A stretch of 64,000 bases of DNA from Monocercomonoides exilis PA203 (Eukaryota > Protista > Preaxostyla), in NCBI GenBank assembly GCA_001643675.2, contig LSRY02000051.1:558001-622000 (forward strand). Reading direction: 5' to 3'. The position numbers and the translations under genes were made by a program. Positions 59,301 to 64,000 of this stretch are shown piece after piece (within the stretch, counting starts at the first letter, position 1; every line of letters starts with the position of its first letter). The notes below the pieces were generated by a model. It made no database searches. It had not been told where the DNA came from and worked only from the letters and a program-made list of their open reading frames with translations.

Positions 59301-62300
59301 GTGTTTGTCTGTGTCGATTTACGTGGTTCTTCAAAGACTTCCTCTTTCGCACTCTCGTTTGCATCAACCACAATTCTGATTGATTTCTTTCCTTCTTTCT
59401 CATCATCATCGGAATCTTCTTCTTTTGCGTTCCGACTATCATCTGAGTCATCATCATCTTTCACACTTTTTGAATAGCTTCTTCTCTCTCTGCTGTCTGA
59501 TGCATTTGAATGGCGTGTCTTGGCTGAAGTGTGCTTGTGCCTTCTTCGATGTGTTGAATGCTTGTTGGATCTCTTTTTCTTCTCTGAAGACTTCGAAGAA
59601 GAGGAAGATGAAGAGGATGCTGAAGAATCTGAGGAAGAAGAAGAAGAAGTCGACGATGATGAGGCCTCTCGTTCTTTCTTCTTCTTTCTTTTGTTTCTTC
59701 TTTTGTTACTTCCTTCCGTCGATGAGTATTTGTTTGAAGCAGATCTTGACTTGGACTTTTGCCTTGTCTTCGATTTTGAAGAAGAAGAAGAAGAAGATTC
59801 AGAATTTGTGGATGTTTGTGAGTCAGAGACAGACACAGTTGTCTCAATTTCACTTTCATCTTCTGTTTTCTTTTCTTTCTCTGTCTCGCTTTCCCTTTCT
59901 CTTTCGCTCTCTCTCTTTTCGCTTCTTCCTCTCGTTCTCTTCCTCTGATGTGCAGTTTCCCTGTGTTGCCGATGCTTCTTCTTCTCCTCTTTCTTCTCAT
60001 TTGAATGCGACCTCTTTCTCCTCTTTATGTTCGGCGAATTCACTCCAACCTGAAATTGCGTGTGAACTTTTGTGGCAAAATGCTGAGAAATAGAATAAGC
60101 TGCAATCGCCTCTTCTTCTCTTCTCTCTTCCCTCTCTCTTTCTCTCTCTCTTTCCCTGTCTCTTTCTTCTTCGTCTTCATTTTCTGAAGCAAACTTGTCT
60201 TCTCCTTTCTCTGCTCCTTTCTCTTCCTCCTTTCCTCTTTCATCATCATCCTTCTTTTCTGTCTCCAGCCTCACCACAACTGATGTTAGCAGCGCCGGAA
60301 ACAGTGCTGCCTCTTCATTCTGCAGTGATGAATACACATCAGACGAGTGTGAGAAAGGAGTAGGTGTGACAGGCGGTGACAGAGATGAAGAGAACATCGA
60401 GGCAGGCGAGCTGGCAGGCGACAGCATCGGCTGCACATGAACACCTGAGGGAGGAGAGGCAGGGGCGAGGAAGATGTCTGAGTGAGAATCAGAACTCTGT
60501 GGCAGCTGTGGTTGATTGGCGATTGTGGGGGAGGAGCTGGTGGAAGAGCCGAGGGAAGGCGTGGGGGACATGACAGAGTGGATGGAGGAGGAAGCGAAAC
60601 GAGAGCGGGAGGAAGTTGGAGAGTGTGATTCAGAGCTCGTTGAAGAGGAAGAAGAGCGGTGCCTGCGGAAGACGTGGGGCATCATGGGCGGTGTGGCTGA
60701 AGGGGAGACAGGGAACATCATTGAGCCGAATGAAGCACAGCTGGAGGAGTGGTGGGTGGTGGCACGGGAAGAGAAGGAGGAAGAGGAAGAGGAAGGAGAA
60801 GTTGAATGAGAGTGAGAGTGAGAGCGAGAACGGGAATGTGAATGGGAATGAGAACGTTTGGTGTTTGAGGGGGAGTTACTGCGAGAACGAGAATATTTGG
60901 AAGAGAAAGAAGAAGAATTAGAAGAGAAGGAAGGAGGAGAAGAAGAGGAAGAAGAGGATGAAGAAGTGGTAGAAGAATAAGAATTAGAGGCAGAATGGTA
61001 AGTAGTGCGAGATCTGTTGCTTCTGGAAGTAGATTGAGTATTGTGTCTGTGTCTGTGCACAGAAGAGTGACGATGGCGATGGCTGTGCTGAGAAGAGGAG
61101 CGAGCTCTGTCTGTTGAGTGGGAGACTGATAAATAAGAAGAGAAGGAACAAAGAGAAGAAGAAGAAGAAGAAGATGATGATGATGAGTGAGTGGAGGAAG
61201 AGGAAAGAGAGACAAGAGTGGAAGGAGAAGAAGGAGAAGATGCGTTATTGTTGTCATCGTTGTTGTTGTTGTTGTTGGAGGAGGAGGAGGAAAAAGAAGA
61301 AAGAGAGGCACTTTCATCAGACGAGGTGGATGAGAGTGTCAGTGTGGTTGTGTCAGAAGAGGAGTCATCGTCTTTCTTTGACGAAGAAACGGAGTTATGT
61401 TTTGATGAGGATGCTGAAGATGTTGAAACAGACACATTTCTCTTTGGAGATTCTGATTCCAAATGGCTTTTCTGTCTGTTTTTCGCTTTTCGATGCTTTC
61501 TTCTTCGTTTTCCTTTGAGCTCTTTCTTCTTCTGCTTCTGTTTTCTCTCTTGTTTCGTGCTGGCATGCGCAGTTGCTTCTTTGCTGTCTTCTTTTGAAGG
61601 TGAATTCGAACCAGAAAATGTTGCTTTGCCTTTTTCTTCTTCTTTTGCTCCTTCTTTTTCTCCTTCATCTTTATCATTCATTGCATTTCCCCCTTCGTCT
61701 TTCCCTTTCTTCGTTTTGTGGTGTTTCTTTCTTCTTCTCTGCCTTTCCATCTCTTTCTGTCTCTTTCTTATCTCTTTTCCTGTTCTCCTTTTCTTCTTCT
61801 TCTTCTTCTTCTTCCTTTTTGGTATATTTTCTTCTTCATTCGCTTTGTCTTCAGCTTCTTCTTTCACTTCGTCCTCTTTTTGATTAATTGACTTATTCTT
61901 CTTAGTTGACACGTCTTTGTCATTCTTTGCCTCTTTATTTGCTGATAAAACATTATCATTGCCAATGCTCTTCTCATTCACAGACACCCCTTCCTTTGCT
62001 TCAACTCCACTAACATCTTTCTCCCCTTCTTCTTTCCCCTTCAACATCTCATTCTTCTCATTCTTCTCTTTCTCTTCTCCTTCTTCTCTCTTCATCTGCT
62101 TTTCCTTCTCTTTTCCCCCAGCGGTGCAGGTGGTGACAGAAATAGAGGAGATGGCTGTGTTGCCTCCACCCACCGCCAGGGGACATGCTATAGAGCCATC
62201 CCCATCCTCAGCATCGCCTGCAGACTCTGCAGATGATGAAGGATGGGGCGCTGAAGATGATGATGAGGAAGAGGATGATGAAGAAGAAGAAATGACATTG

Positions 62301-64000
62301 TTAGTTGAATCTAATGAAGAAGGTGATGATGAAGCATTAGAATTGATAGAGATTTCTATATTCTTCTGTTGTATTCCATTTGTTCCGTTGTTTGCATTCG
62401 ATTTTCTGTTTTGAGCAGATTTTTCTGAACGAGGCGAAGAATGTACAGAACGAGGGTGATATTTGGATGGCAGAGAAGAAATCAAAGAATTAAAGTGATG
62501 CATCATCTGAGCAGTGGGTGTGTTATGTGAAGGTGTTTGATGAGAAGAAGAAGAAGAAGAAGGTGATGATGATGATGATGAATTTGAAGAAGAAGAAGAA
62601 GCAACAAATGGATTCACATTCGAAAGAGTAGCAGTGTGAGTGGAGTGAGTGTGGCGATGGCGATGAGCATCAGCCTGCGAATACGAGTGATGTGTGCGAT
62701 GATGATGAGGAAACGATGAGGAGGCAGAAGAACCAGAAGAATACGCAGAAGAGGAAGGAGAAGGAGAAGGAGAAAGAAAAGAGGTTGTTTGCAGAGGCTG
62801 ATGCAGTTGCTGACGTTGATTCTGATGCTGATGCTGATGCGAATGAGGAAGAGGGAAAAGAGATGAGTCAGAGGCGACAGCACGTGAGGGAGTGTTGACA
62901 AGTGGATGGAAGATGTTAGATGAGCTGCCTGTTTTTTCTATTTGTTGATTCTCATTCTGCTCACACACAGACATCGCCCTGCCAACAGACAGCACATCAG
63001 AAGAAGGGAGGAAAGGAGCATCTGAAGTGATGTTAGCAGAAGAGGCAGCGACTGAAGAGACAGAAACAGATTGTGTTCTGCGCACTCTGCGTGAGTGAGA
63101 GTGTGAATGTGAATGCGAATGAGGCTGGGTCTCTTTTGAATAGAGCGTGTTGCGGTGTTGGTGGCGGTGAGGGCGTCTGTTGTCTAACGTGACTGAAGCG
63201 GAAGGAGGTGGGTAGTCAGCAACAGAATGGCTGGAGGAGAAGGAAGAGGCAGGAGGTGACAGATGACAAAACTGGATGTTGGCAAAGTTCTCAATTGTCA
63301 TTCCTTTTGAAGCAGTTGAAGAAGAAGGAGAAGAAGCATCAGATGGTTTATTTGTCTGTGATGAGTGATGATTGTGATGCTCGTGTTTCCCTCTGCTGGA
63401 AGCATGTCCAGCTGTGTGTGAAGAGATGGGTTCGAAGTGCAGATTAAGTGACTGGTTGTTCGCGACAGATGGCAAATTGAATGTGAAAGGCGGAGAATGA
63501 GAAGAGATTGATGTGGAGTGCTTGCGAATTGTCGGGGGAAGAGGATGAGGAGGCGGAGAAGAAGAGCGGAGGAAGTTGTCAGCCTGCTGAGGAGGTGACA
63601 TGCAGTTCATCAACAGAGGAGAAATGGCCTTTGAGTGAGTGAAGGAGTGAGAAGAGGACAAGTTTGAATGGCCAGCAGGGACGACAGGGAGTGTCTGTGT
63701 CCTCAGAGTGGAAGGGGCAGAGGAAGGGAGATAGTCAAATGGCAGTTTGTGAGGGGAGCTGCCTGCCATCTGCTCATATTGTGCAAGTGGTGACAGACGA
63801 TGTGCTGAGGAAGACTTTAACTCGTTTGCAGGAGGAAGAAAGGGATTTCTTTCGCTTGCTGTTGAAATCGATGGGTCGCGGAAGATGGAGGCTGTCTCAG
63901 TGAGTGAGCGGGTGAGTGAGAAAGGAACGGTGACTAGCTTGTCTTTATCTTTGTCTTTTGATTCAGAAGAAGAAGAAGACGATGATGATGAAGCAGATGA
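56336..64000 (-). CDS. Very large low-complexity (Ser/His/Lys/Glu-rich) protein with a C-terminal CABLES-like cyclin box; 5' end lies beyond the window
   Basis: The frame stays open from 63769 to 64000. C-terminal RFPHLPQSLTAHKIAKMKEKI...STLSLALVYFESL...VNNKNVKQAAAACVFLAAKFNE matches the CABLES cyclin fold pattern. Confidence 0.75.
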   Translation of the reverse strand, partial: SSASSSSSSSSSESKDKDKDKLVTVPFSLTRSLTETASIFRDPSISTASERNPFLPPANELKSSSAHRLSPLAQYEQMAGSSPHKLPFDYLPSSAPSTLRTQTLPVVPAGHSNLSSSHSFTHSKAISPLLMNCMSPPQQADNFLRSSSPPPHPLPPTIRKHSTSISSHSPPFTFNLPSVANNQSLNLHFEPISSHTAGHASSRGKHEHHNHHSSQTNKPSDASSPSSSTASKGMTIENFANIQFCHLSPPASSFSSSHSVADYPPPSASVTLDNRRPHRHQHRNTLYSKETQPHSHSHSHSHSRRVRRTQSVSVSSVAASSANITSDAPFLPSSDVLSVGRAMSVCEQNENQQIEKTGSSSNIFHPLVNTPSRAVASDSSLFPLPHSHQHQHQNQRQQLHQPLQTTSFLSPSPSPSSSAYSSGSSASSSFPHHHRTHHSYSQADAHRHRHTHSTHTATLSNVNPFVASSSSSNSSSSSSPSSSSSSHQTPSHNTPTAQMMHHFNSLISSLPSKYHPRSVHSSPRSEKSAQNRKSNANNGTNGIQQKNIEISINSNASSSPSSLDSTNNVISSSSSSSSSSSSSAPHPSSSAESAGDAEDGDGSIACPLAVGGGNTAISSISVTTCTAGGKEKEKQMKREEGEEKEKNEKNEMLKGKEEGEKDVSGVEAKEGVSVNEKSIGNDNVLSANKEAKNDKDVSTKKNKSINQKEDEVKEEAEDKANEEENIPKRKKKKKKKKRRTGKEIRKRQKEMERQRRRKKHHKTKKGKDEGGNAMNDKDEGEKEGAKEEEKGKATFSGSNSPSKEDSKEATAHASTKQERKQKQKKKELKGKRRRKHRKAKNRQKSHLESESPKRNVSVSTSSASSSKHNSVSSSKKDDDSSSDTTTLTLSSTSSDESASLSSFSSSSSNNNNNNDDNNNASSPSSPSTLVSLSSSSTHSSSSSSSSSSSLCSFSSYLSVSHSTDRARSSSQHSHRHRHSSVHRHRHNTQSTSRSNRSRTTYHSASNSYSSTTSSSSSSSSSPPSFSSNSSSFSSKYSRSRSNSPSNTKRSHSHSHSRSRSHSHSHSTSPSSSSSSFSSRATTHHSSSCASFGSMMFPVSPSATPPMMPHVFRRHRSSSSSTSSESHSPTSSRSRFASSSIHSVMSPTPSLGSSTSSSPTIANQPQLPQSSDSHSDIFLAPASPPSGVHVQPMLSPASSPASMFSSSLSPPVTPTPFSHSSDVYSSLQNEEAALFPALLTSVVVRLETEKKDDDERGKEEEKGAEKGEDKFASENEDEEERDREREREREREERREEEAIAAYSISQHFATKVHTQFQVGVNSPNIKRRKRSHSNEKKEEKKKHRQHRETAHQRKRTRGRSEKRESERERESETEKEKKTEDESEIETTVSVSDSQTSTNSESSSSSSSKSKTRQKSKSRSASNKYSSTEGSNKRRNKRKKKKEREASSSSTSSSSSSDSSASSSSSSSSKSSEKKKRSNKHSTHRRRHKHTSAKTRHSNASDSRERRSYSKSVKDDDDSDDSRNAKEEDSDDDEKEGKKSIRIVVDANESAKEEVFEEPRKSTQTNTSSSDKKGSVIVFSLEKAIQNEQRERSSNEKITTERDKAHHKTESADQKNEEWDSNVDEREVEETEEDSTQKQMDDFSSSSVKADGTIETDAEEEEDDYFDGVDEEELMEQALRSVLLEEKKKASKEIAESASLSGRWNGEQFIPGWCVKDKYNDGIESIAPALKSRSNSFQKNRDQSEDNSGRSTSSTLHLSSSSDSASDSSITAAAESDGQISMSTIELPSSDITTSEGTDQAHRWSDTEFQDGGLLTKEKRRLRKMERRRKVVERERRRALKRERKKLRAQKKKQRAYNAAEFENGVMLNSDSDIQRRIISNPSPGTKESQVENSNEDEMSSESFEALMKEDEEDGCNREFAQIKSALRFSMKVNNDVVAASVQMWIINEMLEKEINDVAQVERLWKRNDKTDKEKAKETSKDRERDQENERGTQQDRSKEGKGRGRYQRKRRGGLRYDPYGRAMNFNLTANGYFGGREMNWVRQDKRYNQTGYPMMSGPGRFYSPFAHQMNQPASLNVSFSKGTYPLTVSTFHPSLLPTISDPLHPLFSPAYSNPSPTLPLVSWNKSWFEFMMSPEHQKTMVNPYNPSHMRIASASSKQWMRKMLSRGGVSYALLLIAPVFTRNSAVVAATEMESSMKMSLRQQQNKERSQMFYPFESPSQFSSSFYADERYSSGSELLSYRGFTPIDSPFAYDSAFSGGFAPLPPSFCGVEPSMHCDCASVLPQQFQFESSSLSILPHAGKEKHNKLMHSRFPHLPQSLTAHKIAKMKEKILKLTSVLDISTLSLALVYFESLIEPRFGIPTRQLESITSFSPLRFPSSHSVTSPVEGSSSMHVFLNPSDGKTSSPSTLATLNPPFSLVWPILPSYVNNKNVKQAAAACVFLAAKFNEGTKSAVIAATQPIAHAFKVSVSQMIDVELSVAECLGFNMLRSDQEVLQQMSLFLRATGERAISYYDLSVYTRFYLWGYQHNGPVEEEWMEEEREKERFQKSKKWM

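Overview
Eukaryotic, intron-containing DNA read with the standard genetic code and with AT-rich intergenic spacers. Gene style (GTTTG-dominated 5' splice sites, Ser-rich insertions, giant beta-helix/kinase-like receptors, flagellar genes) suggests an oxymonad/metamonad protist such as Monocercomonoides (inference). Layout: a giant receptor-pseudokinase gene (330-7989, three 1-nt frameshifts); a dense housekeeping block at 9.7-35.7 kb (DDI1, IFT27, UBA3, MED22, an LPCAT-type acyltransferase, an unknown gene, thioredoxin reductase, CSN8, a SAPS/PP6 regulator, TFIIF-alpha, DRC2, TRAPPC6, USP5/UBP14, RPS11); a 35.7-46 kb accessory zone with a C2-domain remnant, Tc1/mariner-type MITEs, a perfect 196-bp-arm palindrome, a 21-bp minisatellite and nonsense-riddled pseudogenes (one IQCH-like); an intact 3014-aa receptor-pseudokinase paralog; and a 5'-truncated giant CABLES-like cyclin-box gene. 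Main highlights: (1) thioredoxin reductase ends Gly-Cys-TGA-Gly-TAA, i.e. a selenoprotein, and is followed by about 650 nt of strongly structured 3' sequence in which I find no canonical SECIS; (2) a variable-ectodomain, conserved-tail receptor-pseudokinase family; (3) the MITE/foldback nest; (4) pseudogenes with many nonsense codons but few indels; (5) single-base indels clustered in conserved genes of the first 17.5 kb. All family calls come from recalled motifs, not from database searches.
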